The notes under the pieces: model-generated
Told to the model about the DNA's origin: nothing
Database searches by the model: none
Seen by the model: only the letters and a program-made list of their open reading frames with translations
Program-made: the position numbers and the translations under genes
Source: Minisyncoccota bacterium
GTDB lineage: Bacteria > Patescibacteriota > Minisyncoccia > Phycocordibacterales > CALRHW01
Assembly (NCBI GenBank): GCA_046350795.1
Contig: JAXLZT010000001.1
Span: 2,411-66,410, forward strand
Direction: 5' to 3'
DNA length: 64,000 bases
Part shown: positions 9,116 through 19,681 of the stretch, piece by piece
Layout of the letters: each line of letters starts with the position of its first letter
How positions within the stretch are numbered: position 1 is the first letter of the stretch

Positions 9116-10522
9116 TTACAAATCATTTAATGGATCAATCATATTGACCTGTATGCTCTGCGCAGTGGCCATTACCTGATCACCGTAAAACACGTTGGCT
9201 GGCTTTCTGCCAGGTAAACAAGCGGCGCCTGAATAATATTTACAAGCGGCATTACGCTCTGCACTATACATACCAGAGCCAGCGCCTAGATCTTTCATAT
9301 ATATACCAGTAGCCATAAAAGCATGCTCGGGAATCCACGGATCAGCTTCGTCTGCACTTAGACCCAAAGCCTTACCGATAGCCACCTTGAAAAGCTCCCA
9401 TGTAGAAGGGATAAATTGTGATGGACCCATACCCCCACCAAAACCTCGACCGACATAATACACAGTACTTGGTGGGCAGGACACCGGAGTAGAGCTATAA
9501 CTGCGACCGAGTCTATCTGTAATATTTTTAAAAGGTACAGTATCGCGAGGCGCTTTCATAATCTGCTGAAAAGCTGTGCCGGTATTTTTTCCAATACCAT
9601 TTCCTGTACTTATATCAGTCACCAAACAAGACCCAACATTTTTACCCAGATTTGATTCTTGAGTCAAAATAGCCAAAAGAAAAGCTGGCCGTACACCGGT
9701 CTTTTTTGAAACTTCATTTGCATACTCCAAAGCATCACCAAAAGGAATAGCTGCACTATCTCTCAAAGAGAAAAGCGCTGTACGTATCTGAGCCGCTTTC
9801 TGTTGTCTTTCAGCAAGCACTTGTGCATATGTTTTTTCCTGATTCTTGTTTATGCTTATGAGCCTCTTTTTTTCTGCTTCATTTGCCTCTACTTTTTTCT
9901 TTTCCAGCTCTATAGCTGCCTTTGTATCCATCTCTTGATTTTGCTTTTTTGCCAACTCAGCTTTTTCTTTTTCTGTTAGTTCTTTATTTTCTCGTATATC
10001 TGAAAAAAGATCTGCGAGTGACCTTTTTATAGAATCAAAAGCATCAGTATCTTCAAAAAAGCCAGATAAATCATCATTTGAAAGCATCACTTCTACAGCT
10101 GAATAAGAATCTATCTCATTTGTTTTTCTAATTATTTGGGATAGAGACTCTTTGCCACGCTCTATTTTTTCTTCAAGTGTTTCTATTGTTTTTTCTTTTT
10201 GACCAATATCTTTTCCAAGATTTTCAATAGCAAGACTTCTTGCTTTTATCACAAGCTTTGCTTGCTGTATTTTTGCATTTAAAATCTCTGCATCACGAGA
10301 CAGAGAAGCCGTCTCACTTTGTTTACTTTTTAAAATATCCTGCCACTGTGCTATCTCCTTTTCTGTCTGTTCGAGCTCTGCGCGTAGCTCAGCTTCACGA
10401 GCTGCAATCTTTTTTTCACTACTTGAGGATTGTGCAAAGACAAAATCAGGAAAGGTTATTTTACCAATCCACACTAATACTGTAATAAGTACTATAAATA
10501 CAAAAAGTTTAGATCTACGCAT
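9116..10522 (-). CDS. Secreted/membrane-anchored coiled-coil protein with a putative C-terminal murein hydrolase (lytic-transglycosylase-like) domain
   Basis: N-terminal TM, ~250-aa coiled coil, C-terminal region with AILTQESNLG (ES catalytic-like motif). Confidence 0.5.
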   Translation of the reverse strand: MRRSKLFVFIVLITVLVWIGKITFPDFVFAQSSSSEKKIAAREAELRAELEQTEKEIAQWQDILKSKQSETASLSRDAEILNAKIQQAKLVIKARSLAIENLGKDIGQKEKTIETLEEKIERGKESLSQIIRKTNEIDSYSAVEVMLSNDDLSGFFEDTDAFDSIKRSLADLFSDIRENKELTEKEKAELAKKQNQEMDTKAAIELEKKKVEANEAEKKRLISINKNQEKTYAQVLAERQQKAAQIRTALFSLRDSAAIPFGDALEYANEVSKKTGVRPAFLLAILTQESNLGKNVGSCLVTDISTGNGIGKNTGTAFQQIMKAPRDTVPFKNITDRLGRSYSSTPVSCPPSTVYYVGRGFGGGMGPSQFIPSTWELFKVAIGKALGLSADEADPWIPEHAFMATGIYMKDLGAGSGMYSAERNAACKYYSGAACLPGRKPANVFYGDQVMATAQSIQVNMIDPLNDL

Positions 10523-10551
10523 AAAACAAAAGAGTTTGTTTTATTCTAACA

Positions 10552-11217
10552 TTATTCTGATTTTGTAGCTTCTGCACTAGAACCCTCTGCACCCTCCTCT
10601 TCTTTCTTACCCTTCTTTTCTACTTCAATAGCAGATAGATCTATAGGAGCAGATACCTCTTCTACGATTTCTTTTGCTTCAGCAACGAGAGCTACTACTT
10701 CGTCTGCACCCTCTACTAGAGTTACGCCAGATGGAAGCACTATATCTTTTGCAAGTATTTGACTATCAAAATTTGTTAGTGTTGAAATGTCTACTTTTAT
10801 TTCATGAGGAAGATCTTTTGGCATAGCTTCAATCTTGAGCTCACGCAACACCTTAACAAGTGTACCGCCCAAGTCTTTTACACCAGGAGCCACACCAACG
10901 AATTCAAGTGGAATATGCACTTCGATTTTGTGACCTTTTTCGAAAACATAAAAATCAGCATGACGAGGAGTATCTGTCACTGGATCTAGGTCTACTTCGT
11001 GGATAAGAGCCTCTAAATCCTCACCATCCTCTCGTTTTAGAGCTACAACAGATGATTCTCCAGCCTTTTTCCAAACCTTCAAAAACTCAGCAAGAGATAC
11101 AGAAACAGGGGTAGATTTCTCCTTTTTTCCATAAAAAACAGCCGGCATTTGGCCTTTTGATTTGAGACTTTTTAGATTTTGCGGTATTTTCCGCGTTTCT
11201 ATTTTTAAACTAAGCAT
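10552..11217 (-). CDS. rplY: 50S ribosomal protein L25 / general stress protein Ctc
   Basis: MLSLKIETRK...MPAVFYG; acidic C-terminal extension. Confidence 0.85.
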   Translation of the reverse strand: MLSLKIETRKIPQNLKSLKSKGQMPAVFYGKKEKSTPVSVSLAEFLKVWKKAGESSVVALKREDGEDLEALIHEVDLDPVTDTPRHADFYVFEKGHKIEVHIPLEFVGVAPGVKDLGGTLVKVLRELKIEAMPKDLPHEIKVDISTLTNFDSQILAKDIVLPSGVTLVEGADEVVALVAEAKEIVEEVSAPIDLSAIEVEKKGKKEEEGAEGSSAEATKSE

Positions 11218-11279
11218 TCAGACATTATATATATGTAGTGTAAAAAATCAATAGGTATGATGCCTTTAGGGATTTTTGG

Positions 11280-12968
11280 CTATTTATTGGCTAAATGTGC
11301 CATCATATAGTCTGTAGAGCCCCCCACTTTTTTACCTGGATTGAATATGTTCTGCGGGTCAAAAATGTCTTTTGTTTTTTGGAAAAGTGCGGTAATCTCC
11401 GGGCCAAACATTTTTTCTAGATATGGTGTGCGAATGATGCCGTCGTTGTGCTCACCAGTAAATGAACCTTCATATGATTTTACGAGATCAAAAATTTCTT
11501 CTGAAACTATAGGTATGAGATCATGATTTTCTTTTTTGGTCATGTCCATGAGTGGAATGATGTGGAAATTGCCATTGCCCGCATGACCAGCAATGGTGTA
11601 AATGAGTTTGTATCGGTCGAGTATTGCACGCATCTTTGGTAAAAATTCTGGTAAAAATTCTGGGCGCACTACAACGTCGTCTATAAAAGGAGCCGTGCGC
11701 ATACCGCGTACATGCTTGCGAAGTAGATTGAAACTCTCGCGACGTATAGTCCAATATTTTTCTGATTCACTCATGCTTTTTGTGGCGCGCATTTTAAATT
11801 TAAAATGAGCAATCTTTAGACGAAGCGCTTTCATTTTTTCATCAATTTTCTTTTCATCATTTCCGCTAAACTCTACGAGTAAAATGAGTTTTGGTATGCC
11901 ACCAGTAAGCATCATAAAAGCTTCAGGAATAAAGCTAAAAATGAGTTTGAAAAAGCTACCAGTCTTCATAGAGCGCAACATTTCTGGTAAAAATCTAATA
12001 GCAAGCTTCATCGTGCTATCGTCATAAGACTCGACTGTCTCTGGATTAAGCTCCAGCACTTCACGCACTAGATTGCCTAGATTTTTTAGATCACGCATAA
12101 AGACGACAAAAAGTTTTGAATATTTTTCCACAGGCACAAGTCCGAGCTTTGCCTCTGTCACTATACCGAGTGTGCCCTGAGAACCAACGATGAGTTTGGT
12201 CAGATCAAAAATCCCCGCCTTTTCATCCCACACATTCCATAAATAATATCCTGCAGAATTTTTTGAAACTTTTGGTTTGGCGGAAGAGATTTTTTCGCGA
12301 TTTTCTGTGATAAGAGAGAAGATATTTTTGTAAATATTTCCTTCGTAGTCACCCTGCGCCATCTTTTTATCTAGCTCGGATTGTGTCAGTGGCTTTACTG
12401 TATACTCTTTTCCATCAGCAAAAATAACACGAAGCTCTTGTACAAAATCCTCCATTTTGCCGTATCGGAGAGTCTTTTCACCAGCAGCGTTGTTGGCAAT
12501 CATACCACCAAGGGCGCATAGATTTTTAGATGCCGTAAAACAAGGCAAAATAAGGCCTTTTTCAAGAGTTTTTGGTTCAAAGTCACGATAAAAAGTACCT
12601 GGTAAAATACGAGCACTACCACCCCGAACATGATTACCAAAAACACCATCTTTAGCGCCAGATTCCACATCTATCGAAAGCACTCCCTGCATATTTTTTG
12701 AAACGTCAGCAATAATTGACTCGTTTAGTGATCCGCCGGACATACAGCTACCAGCGGCGCGCATTGTTATTGACAATGTCGGATCTTGTGCACGATTTTC
12801 ATTTACAAATTTTACCAAGGCCTGTAGATCTGCAGAATCTTTTGGAAAAACTACCAAGCGCGGTGTCACCTCAAGCAAGCTAGCGTCACGACTGTGTATA
12901 TCGAGCGTCTTTGCATCATCTACACATTCGCCTTTTATTGCTTTCTTCAGTTCTTCTTTTAGATTCAT
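11280..12968 (-). CDS. FAD-linked oxidase (GlcD / D-lactate dehydrogenase family)
   Basis: FAD-binding PCMH domain followed by C-terminal oxidase domain. Confidence 0.75.
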   Translation of the reverse strand: MNLKEELKKAIKGECVDDAKTLDIHSRDASLLEVTPRLVVFPKDSADLQALVKFVNENRAQDPTLSITMRAAGSCMSGGSLNESIIADVSKNMQGVLSIDVESGAKDGVFGNHVRGGSARILPGTFYRDFEPKTLEKGLILPCFTASKNLCALGGMIANNAAGEKTLRYGKMEDFVQELRVIFADGKEYTVKPLTQSELDKKMAQGDYEGNIYKNIFSLITENREKISSAKPKVSKNSAGYYLWNVWDEKAGIFDLTKLIVGSQGTLGIVTEAKLGLVPVEKYSKLFVVFMRDLKNLGNLVREVLELNPETVESYDDSTMKLAIRFLPEMLRSMKTGSFFKLIFSFIPEAFMMLTGGIPKLILLVEFSGNDEKKIDEKMKALRLKIAHFKFKMRATKSMSESEKYWTIRRESFNLLRKHVRGMRTAPFIDDVVVRPEFLPEFLPKMRAILDRYKLIYTIAGHAGNGNFHIIPLMDMTKKENHDLIPIVSEEIFDLVKSYEGSFTGEHNDGIIRTPYLEKMFGPEITALFQKTKDIFDPQNIFNPGKKVGGSTDYMMAHLANK

Positions 12969-12984
12969 ACTTTGGTTGTGCCCT

Positions 12985-13854
12985 TTAATTAAGCTTATTA
13001 AAAGTCTTGAGTTTTGACTCCACTACTTTTTCTACGGCCACTACAGCACTTTTCAAAATCTTGTAAGGAGCTACTTCGTCAGGATTTTCTTGTAGGAAAA
13101 GTTTAAGCGCATCACGATATGCAACGCGGATTTCTGTGTTTATATGTACGATACCTACTCCAGCAGAGATACCAGCTTGAAAATCTTCGGCAGAATTACC
13201 AGAGCCACCATGCAAAACAAGTGGAATTTTTATTGCTTCTGAAATTTCTTTTATGCGCTCTATATTTAATTTAGGATCTACACCACCACGAAGCATGCCG
13301 TGAAAATTACCGACAGCAGGAGCAAGCATGTCTACACCAGTTTGCGCGACAAAATCTTTTGCTTGCTGTGCACTCGTCAAAGTATCCGTACCGAGATCTA
13401 CACCTTCTGGGATAGCATCCAAAACTTTTGATGACTGACCGATATATCCAAGCTCGCCTTCCACAAGCACATCCCGTCCGCAAGCACGTGCATACTCGAC
13501 ACATTGTTTTGCCATAGCCACATTTTCTTCAAATGGAAGCTTAGCGCCATCAACAATGACAGAATCAAAACCAGCGTCTATCGCCTCTTTCACTTTTTCT
13601 ACTGAGTAGGTGTGATCTGCGTTTAGAAAAATCGGGTAATCGTACTCTTCGCGAATACTTTTTACTAGAGCAGCGACCTGACGAACACCCACAAACTCTC
13701 TTTCACCCTCTGATACGCCGATAATCACGGGCACATTTAGCTTTTTTGCTGCATTAAAGATTCCCCACAGCGCCTCAAGATTTGAAATATTAAAATGACC
13801 AACTGCCACACCTTTTTGCATCGCTTCCGCGACTGTTTCTCGTAATGTTTTCAT
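12985..13854 (-). CDS. fba: Class II fructose-bisphosphate aldolase
   Basis: GHFNISNLE, LNADHT, VLHGGSG motifs. Confidence 0.85.
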   Translation of the reverse strand: MKTLRETVAEAMQKGVAVGHFNISNLEALWGIFNAAKKLNVPVIIGVSEGEREFVGVRQVAALVKSIREEYDYPIFLNADHTYSVEKVKEAIDAGFDSVIVDGAKLPFEENVAMAKQCVEYARACGRDVLVEGELGYIGQSSKVLDAIPEGVDLGTDTLTSAQQAKDFVAQTGVDMLAPAVGNFHGMLRGGVDPKLNIERIKEISEAIKIPLVLHGGSGNSAEDFQAGISAGVGIVHINTEIRVAYRDALKLFLQENPDEVAPYKILKSAVVAVEKVVESKLKTFNKLN

Positions 13855-13890
13855 GCAGTATATTTTAGCACATAAAAACAAGACCAATAA

Positions 13891-14181
13891 TTAGGCACTG
13901 TAAAGCCACAAAAAAGCCAAACCCATTAATAGAACAACGTTTATTACCAAGAAAATCGAATTCGCATAATCCAACATCCTATCTGTTTTTGAATGATTCC
14001 GAATGTTCATAATAATTAATAGAACGCTAAAAGCAAAAAGAAATTGCATGACAGCCAAAAAAGGCCCTGAAGCAATGGTTAGCATTTCATATGTATAAAT
14101 ACCCATACCGATCCAAAAAATTGCTAAAACAGTATTCGATATAATAAAAAATTTTGACATATTATCAATATTTATAAACAC
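13891..14181 (-). CDS. Small membrane protein (96 aa, 3 TM)
   Basis: Hydrophobic ORF. Confidence 0.4.
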   Translation of the reverse strand: MFINIDNMSKFFIISNTVLAIFWIGMGIYTYEMLTIASGPFLAVMQFLFAFSVLLIIMNIRNHSKTDRMLDYANSIFLVINVVLLMGLAFLWLYSA

Positions 14182-14213
14182 CTAATGAATAAAAATTATA
14201 GTATAATCATATC

Positions 14214-15215
14214 ATGTTCAAACAATTAGATTTTTTAGCAATTGGTGATATTACGACCGATGCTTTTATCAGAATCAAAGATGCCAGTGTCAACTGTGAC
14301 ATCAACAAAGAAAACTGCCAGATATGCATGGCTTTTGGTGAAAAAATTCCTTTTGAGTTTGCAGAAATAGTAAAGGCCGTGGGAAACAGCGCAAATGCCG
14401 CTGTGTCTGCGGCGCGACTCGGGCTAAATGCTGGGCTTGTAAGTGATGTTGGTAATGATCAAAATGGAAAAGAGTGTATTGCTGAGCTCAAAAGAAATAA
14501 AGTTTACACAAAATATATAAATATTCATAAAGGATTACCCACCAACTATCACTACGTTCTTTGGTACGAAGACGAGCGCACTATTTTAATCAAGCAAACA
14601 GAATATCCATATGAACTCAACTACATTGGTACACCAAAGTGGATTTACTTGAGTTCCATGGCATCCAACTCTTTGCCATATCATCTAGAGCTGGCTAATT
14701 ATTTAAAAAAATATCCGCAAATAAAGCTTGCTTTTCAACCTGGCACATTTCAGATGAAGCTCGGATATGAAAAGTTAAAAGGTTTGTATGAAAGATGTGA
14801 GGTTTTTTTCTGTAATGTGGGTGAAGCAAAAAGAATTCTCGGAATTTCAGAAAAAGATCATGTGGACACAAAAGATTTACTTGAACGAGTACATCGACTT
14901 GGACCAAAAACGGTGTGTATCACAGATGGTCCAAAGGGTGCGTATGCATATGACGGAAAAGAAGCTTGGTTTATGCCGCCATACCCTGATCCAAAGCCTC
15001 CGTACGAACGCACTGGCGCTGGTGACTCTTTTGCTTCTACTTTTACTGTGGCATTGTCGCTCGGAAAGAGTTTAGAAGAAGCACTCATGTGGGGACCGAT
15101 CAACTCAATGTCTGTAGTGCAATACGTTGGTGCGCAAAAAGGTTTGCTATCACGCAAAGCACTTGAAGAATTTTTGAAAAATGCTCCGGCGGACTATAAG
15201 CCGAGAAAAATATAA
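14214..15215 (+). CDS. PfkB-family carbohydrate/nucleoside kinase
   Basis: PfkB signature GAGDSFASTF; TATAAT at 14199-14204. Confidence 0.8.
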   Translation: MFKQLDFLAIGDITTDAFIRIKDASVNCDINKENCQICMAFGEKIPFEFAEIVKAVGNSANAAVSAARLGLNAGLVSDVGNDQNGKECIAELKRNKVYTKYINIHKGLPTNYHYVLWYEDERTILIKQTEYPYELNYIGTPKWIYLSSMASNSLPYHLELANYLKKYPQIKLAFQPGTFQMKLGYEKLKGLYERCEVFFCNVGEAKRILGISEKDHVDTKDLLERVHRLGPKTVCITDGPKGAYAYDGKEAWFMPPYPDPKPPYERTGAGDSFASTFTVALSLGKSLEEALMWGPINSMSVVQYVGAQKGLLSRKALEEFLKNAPADYKPRKI

Positions 15216-15245
15216 AAAGGAGACAATATAAAATAAAAACATTGT

Positions 15246-15286
15246 GGGCCCGGCGGATTGCATCCGCCGGGCCCATTTGATTTCTT
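15246..15286. terminator. Bidirectional intrinsic terminator (GGGCCCGGCGGAT-TGCA-ATCCGCCGGGCCC)
   Basis: 13-bp perfect GC stem plus ATTTGATTT; between convergent genes. Confidence 0.7.
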
Positions 15287-15318
15287 GTCTACCTACTTGT
15301 CCACGATCCACGAACTGT

Positions 15319-15816
15319 TCACACCCTTGCCATCGAATGCAGAGGAAAACCCTTGATGGCCATCAGTGCGCCATCAATGATCATCACCTGCTCATGAAAC
15401 GGACCGATGGGAGGAGCGACCCCGAGAAATTCCTCGAGGTAATCCTTCACCTGCTCATAGGTTGCCCCGGACAGGATCATCTGGCGAGAGCTTGTGAGCG
15501 TGTATCGGATTCCCTGACGGATGAGCTCGGGGGTGGTGGGGCTAACCTCACCACCATCCTTACCACTCACCTCCAGGCACGCGTCCCTCTTCTCCTCGAT
15601 CTTGATCTGCTCTTCCCAGCAGTTCCGGGCCCACTCCACAGACCTCAGAGCAAGACGCGCCCTGGTGACCCGGAGAATCCGTGAGGCCGTCTTGCGACGG
15701 AAACCCATGGACCTGAGCTCCTTGAACTGCTCTTCAGCAAAGATCTTGCGCCTCTTCATCTTGCTCTGCCCACGAGACCAACGATCCCTCTGCATGATTG
15801 TTTCCAATCTGCCCAA
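15319..15816 (-). CDS. Hypothetical basic protein (about 158-165 aa) in a high-GC island
   Basis: GC ~57% ORF; N-terminus KMKRRK-rich; no recognisable family. Confidence 0.45.
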   Translation of the reverse strand: MGRLETIMQRDRWSRGQSKMKRRKIFAEEQFKELRSMGFRRKTASRILRVTRARLALRSVEWARNCWEEQIKIEEKRDACLEVSGKDGGEVSPTTPELIRQGIRYTLTSSRQMILSGATYEQVKDYLEEFLGVAPPIGPFHEQVMIIDGALMAIKGFPLHSMARV

Positions 15817-15953
15817 TTAAGGGTTTGGTCGAGCCCTACTGCTCGACAGGGTGAAATGTGTGAACCGGGTGGTAGGATACCCAGTAAGTGACGACGAACG
15901 CCTCAAAAACCATAACACACATATCAAAATAAAGCAAGCAGTGGCTCGCTTTC

Positions 15954-16943
15954 TTATTTTCTCTTCAAAACTCTTTCCACCGCACTAGCGATAGCCTTCT
16001 CCCCCATTCCATAATGCTCGATAAGCTCTGCTGGTGTACCCGACTGTCCAAATTTATCATCCACACCCACAAACTCTACTGGCACTGGATTATTTTTTAC
16101 CAAACATTCTGCAACAGCACTTCCCATTCCACCGTGTATCTGATGCTCCTCTACTGTGACTATTGCACCAGCTTCTTTTGCTAGCTCTATAATAGAACGC
16201 TCATCAAGTGGCTTTATGGTAGACAAATTTAAAACCTTAACGCCAACTTTTTTTGATTCAAAATCTCGCGCAACCATTATTGCTTTATGTACAAGTGCGC
16301 CTGTAGCTACAATACCCACCTGTGTCTTCACTTTCTCTGGCTTAAAAAATATTTCTGCCTTACCTATTTCAAAATCTGTAGCCTCTGTCGTGATGATAGG
16401 AGTCTTGTCACGGGCAAGTCGTATGTATGTCGGCTCTTTTGTCTTTGCTGCAGCAATAGTCGCCTTCTTTGCTTCGATAGAATCACATGGAGAAAGTACG
16501 ACCATGTTTGGCATGACACGCATAATAGCAATGTCTTCTATTGCCTGATGTGTGCCTCCGTCTGGACCGACAGATATGCCAGCATGAGAACCCGCTATTT
16601 TTACCGGTTGATCATTGTATGCAATAGTCGTGCGTATTTGCTCCCAATTTCTTCCTGGAGAAAACATCGCATAAGATGTGATAAAAGGAATTTTGCCCAT
16701 CGCAGCCATGCCACTAGCAACAGATGCTAAATTTTGCTCAGCCACACCAATTTCTATAAAACGTTTTGGAAATTTTTGTGCAAAAAGATGCATTTGTGTA
16801 GATTCGGTCAGATCGGCGCAAAGCCCCACCACACGCTCATCTGCAATACCAGCAGAAAGCAAACCTTCACCGAAACCTTTTCGTATCGGCACCTGCTCCA
16901 CATCTTTATCAAATATTTTTGGGTTTAAATTACTCATGTTCAC
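15954..16943 (-). CDS. tkt: Transketolase, C-terminal (pyrimidine-binding) subunit
   Basis: Split transketolase; Pyr and C-terminal domains. Confidence 0.85.
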   Translation of the reverse strand: MNMSNLNPKIFDKDVEQVPIRKGFGEGLLSAGIADERVVGLCADLTESTQMHLFAQKFPKRFIEIGVAEQNLASVASGMAAMGKIPFITSYAMFSPGRNWEQIRTTIAYNDQPVKIAGSHAGISVGPDGGTHQAIEDIAIMRVMPNMVVLSPCDSIEAKKATIAAAKTKEPTYIRLARDKTPIITTEATDFEIGKAEIFFKPEKVKTQVGIVATGALVHKAIMVARDFESKKVGVKVLNLSTIKPLDERSIIELAKEAGAIVTVEEHQIHGGMGSAVAECLVKNNPVPVEFVGVDDKFGQSGTPAELIEHYGMGEKAIASAVERVLKRK

Positions 16944-17799
16944 TTTTTATCTTACCGCCAAGAGTGCGCAAAGCCGCCAGAGCCATTTCTGCTTCTTGCG
17001 CGTTTGGTGTCTTGCCGTGCCATTCAAATTTTCTTTCAAACTCAGGCACACCCTTTCCAGGAATAGTGTGGGCAATGATTAATGACGGCTTTTCAAAAAC
17101 AGCTTTTGCTTTGCCTACAGCATTTATAATGTCAGTAAAACTGTGTCCATTTATTTCTATAACATGCCAACCAAACGATCTCCATTTTTCAGCAAGTGGC
17201 TCTAGTGGCATGATATCTTCTGTAAATCCATCTATTTGAATATTATTTCGATCAATAAAACCTATTAGATTGTGCAATTTATTTTTTCCTGCAAGCATAG
17301 CTGCTTCCCATATTTGTCCTTCATTTAGCTCACCATCACTCATGAGACAATACACAAACTGCCCACTAGATACACCCTGATCGATTTTTAAAGCAAGTGC
17401 CATACCCACTGCCTGTGACAGACCAGAACCAAGAGGACCAGAACTAGTCTCAAGCATTTTTAAATACTCACGATGAGGATGACCCTGTAAACGTGAGCCA
17501 AATTTACGCAAAGTCATGAGTTCTTCTACCGGAAAATATCCAGCATGCGCCATGGTTGCATACATCACAGGACAAATATGCCCATTGGAGAGTACGAGTC
17601 TGTCTCGCTCGGCCCATTTTGTGTCATGCGGTTTGTGTCGGAGAATATGAAAATATAATGCGGTAAAAATATCCGCCATTCCCAGAGGTCCAGCAGTATG
17701 TCCAGAACCAGCTTCTAAAAGCATATGAATAATAGACTGGCGTATTTCATTTGCCTTTAGCTCTAGCCATTTTATTTTTTCGTCTGTGAGTTCTATCAT
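16930..17799 (-). CDS. tkt: Transketolase, N-terminal (thiamine-diphosphate-binding) subunit
   Basis: GSGHTAGPLGMADI and GDGELNEGQIWEA motifs. Confidence 0.85.
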   Translation of the reverse strand: MIELTDEKIKWLELKANEIRQSIIHMLLEAGSGHTAGPLGMADIFTALYFHILRHKPHDTKWAERDRLVLSNGHICPVMYATMAHAGYFPVEELMTLRKFGSRLQGHPHREYLKMLETSSGPLGSGLSQAVGMALALKIDQGVSSGQFVYCLMSDGELNEGQIWEAAMLAGKNKLHNLIGFIDRNNIQIDGFTEDIMPLEPLAEKWRSFGWHVIEINGHSFTDIINAVGKAKAVFEKPSLIIAHTIPGKGVPEFERKFEWHGKTPNAQEAEMALAALRTLGGKIKSEHE

Positions 17800-17807
17800 T
17801 TAAAAAT

Positions 17808-18512
17808 TTATGAAAACAAAGACTGAAATTCTGTCAAAGCACTCTCTACATTTTCCTGACCAAAGATTGCAGATCCTACCACCAACCTATTTACTCCCGC
17901 TTCAGCTAGTTTGGGCGCTACAGATAAACTTACGCCACCATCAATACTAATTATATGTTCAGGATATCTGTTGCGCAAATCTTCAATCTTTGCAAAAACT
18001 TCTTCATTAAAAGGATTGCCCTGCACACCTATTTCGGATATACCCATAAACTGCACAAAATCTATTTGCTCCATAAGTGGATAAAGCACTTCGTTTGGTG
18101 TGGCTATATTTATAGCGAGTCCTATCTGTGTATAAAGTGGCGAATCTTTTGCCACACTATTTTTGCGTAAAGTTTCTAAAAATATGCGTGGCTCACTGAT
18201 AGATTCAAAATGAAAAATAATTCTTTTTGCTCCAGCACTGACCCAGTCTCGCCAAATTTTCTCTGGCTCTTTGACCATAAGGTCCACTTCAAAATCCAAA
18301 TCGTTCCAAAATGGAAAACCTTCTTCTTCACGCAAGATTGATAGAAAGTTTTTGTCTTGTTCTGATGTTGCATAAGGCCAAGTCTTCTTTGTAGTCAATC
18401 TACCGTCCATAATATCTATTTGTACAAGCGATGTGAGCCCTACCACTGAATGCATTTTTTCTTCAAGGTCAGCAAAACTTGTTGGCATTATTGCAGGAAT
18501 AATTTCAACCAT
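17808..18512 (-). CDS. rpe: Ribulose-phosphate 3-epimerase-like protein
   Basis: TIM-barrel; position in the pentose-phosphate cluster. Confidence 0.65.
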   Translation of the reverse strand: MVEIIPAIMPTSFADLEEKMHSVVGLTSLVQIDIMDGRLTTKKTWPYATSEQDKNFLSILREEEGFPFWNDLDFEVDLMVKEPEKIWRDWVSAGAKRIIFHFESISEPRIFLETLRKNSVAKDSPLYTQIGLAINIATPNEVLYPLMEQIDFVQFMGISEIGVQGNPFNEEVFAKIEDLRNRYPEHIISIDGGVSLSVAPKLAEAGVNRLVVGSAIFGQENVESALTEFQSLFS

Positions 18513-18516
18513 ATAT

Positions 18517-18999
18517 TTAATTTATTTTAATTTCGTCTAGCTTTTTAAGTCTTCTCACGTGACGTTCATCATTTGAAAATTGAGTGGCAAGCCATACTTC
18601 TACAGCGTCTTTTGCATCTTTTTCAGATAGAAAGCGTGCGCCGAGTGAAAGAATGTTTGCGTCATTGTGCTCCCTTGATGTAATTATCTCTTCAGGAATG
18701 TGTCTGTTGTCGTTTGTTTTATATTGTCCGTTGAAAACTACAGCTCGCACATGCGGAAATCTGTTTGCTACCATGGCCTCACCCTGACCAGAACCACCTA
18801 AAATAATTCCCTTTTCTGTACCACCACTTTCTGATACAGCCTTTGCAAGCGGTGCAATAAAATCTGGATAATCATCATCAGCGTTAAATTCAAAAGCGCC
18901 AAAATCCTGGACCTCATAGCCCAAATCTCGCAAAAAAGGCATTAATTCATTTTTTAATTCAAAACCAGCGTGGTCTGATGCTATAAATATCTTTTTCAT
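18517..18999 (-). CDS. rpiB: Ribose-5-phosphate isomerase B
   Basis: MKKIFIASDHAGFELK, GGSGQGEAM. Confidence 0.85.
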   Translation of the reverse strand: MKKIFIASDHAGFELKNELMPFLRDLGYEVQDFGAFEFNADDDYPDFIAPLAKAVSESGGTEKGIILGGSGQGEAMVANRFPHVRAVVFNGQYKTNDNRHIPEEIITSREHNDANILSLGARFLSEKDAKDAVEVWLATQFSNDERHVRRLKKLDEIKIN

Positions 19000-19093
19000 G
19001 ATCTTATTGTAACATTTTCAATATTATTATAGAATCACCGTTGAAATGTTCTCGACGTAGAGAGCAATACGTAAGTTCACAAGGAGGAACGGT

Positions 19094-19681
19094 ATGGGTA
19101 CAACAACACCAGACAAAACCGGTCCTGTGGAGATGAAGACCGGACTCAGTCTGAGCAGGTGTATTCCCCAGATCGCATCTGGGATCGTCGCGGAGGAAAA
19201 TGTGGCGAGGATCATCACCGCTACCAAGTACAACAGCGAGGAGAAGTGGAAACTCGCTGAAGACAAGCTCGCGAATGGTGACTGGGCAGCACATCCCGAG
19301 GCGGTGAACATTCTCCGGAGACTTCGTGTCGCCGGCAAGATCGTTCAGCCCCTCCTCGACAAGGGTCAGAAACCTGTTCTGCCAACTGATGGCAGGATCT
19401 GGATCTCTGAAGACGAAGAAGAAGATCTGCAGTGGACAACAGCTATCCCGGTTTCCGAGAAGGCTTCTCCCAGCCCAGCTGTCACTACTGATCCGATTGA
19501 AGTCATGGACGATCCCGCCCCAACGACGGCAAAGGCTCGTGCCACCACACCATCGGCCACCCGTACGACCCCACCCGTACGCGACATGCCACCCGCCACA
19601 CCAAAGGTGACTGGATGGAGGAGTTTCTTCGCCATCCCCAACTGGATCCGTCTGAGGTCGAAGAGGTCGAAACACAAGTGA
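19094..19681 (+). CDS. Hypothetical protein (195 aa) with Pro/Thr-rich C-terminal half, high-GC island
   Basis: Strong SD AAGGAGG 7 nt upstream; terminator downstream; GC ~55%. Confidence 0.55.
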   Translation: MGTTTPDKTGPVEMKTGLSLSRCIPQIASGIVAEENVARIITATKYNSEEKWKLAEDKLANGDWAAHPEAVNILRRLRVAGKIVQPLLDKGQKPVLPTDGRIWISEDEEEDLQWTTAIPVSEKASPSPAVTTDPIEVMDDPAPTTAKARATTPSATRTTPPVRDMPPATPKVTGWRSFFAIPNWIRLRSKRSKHK

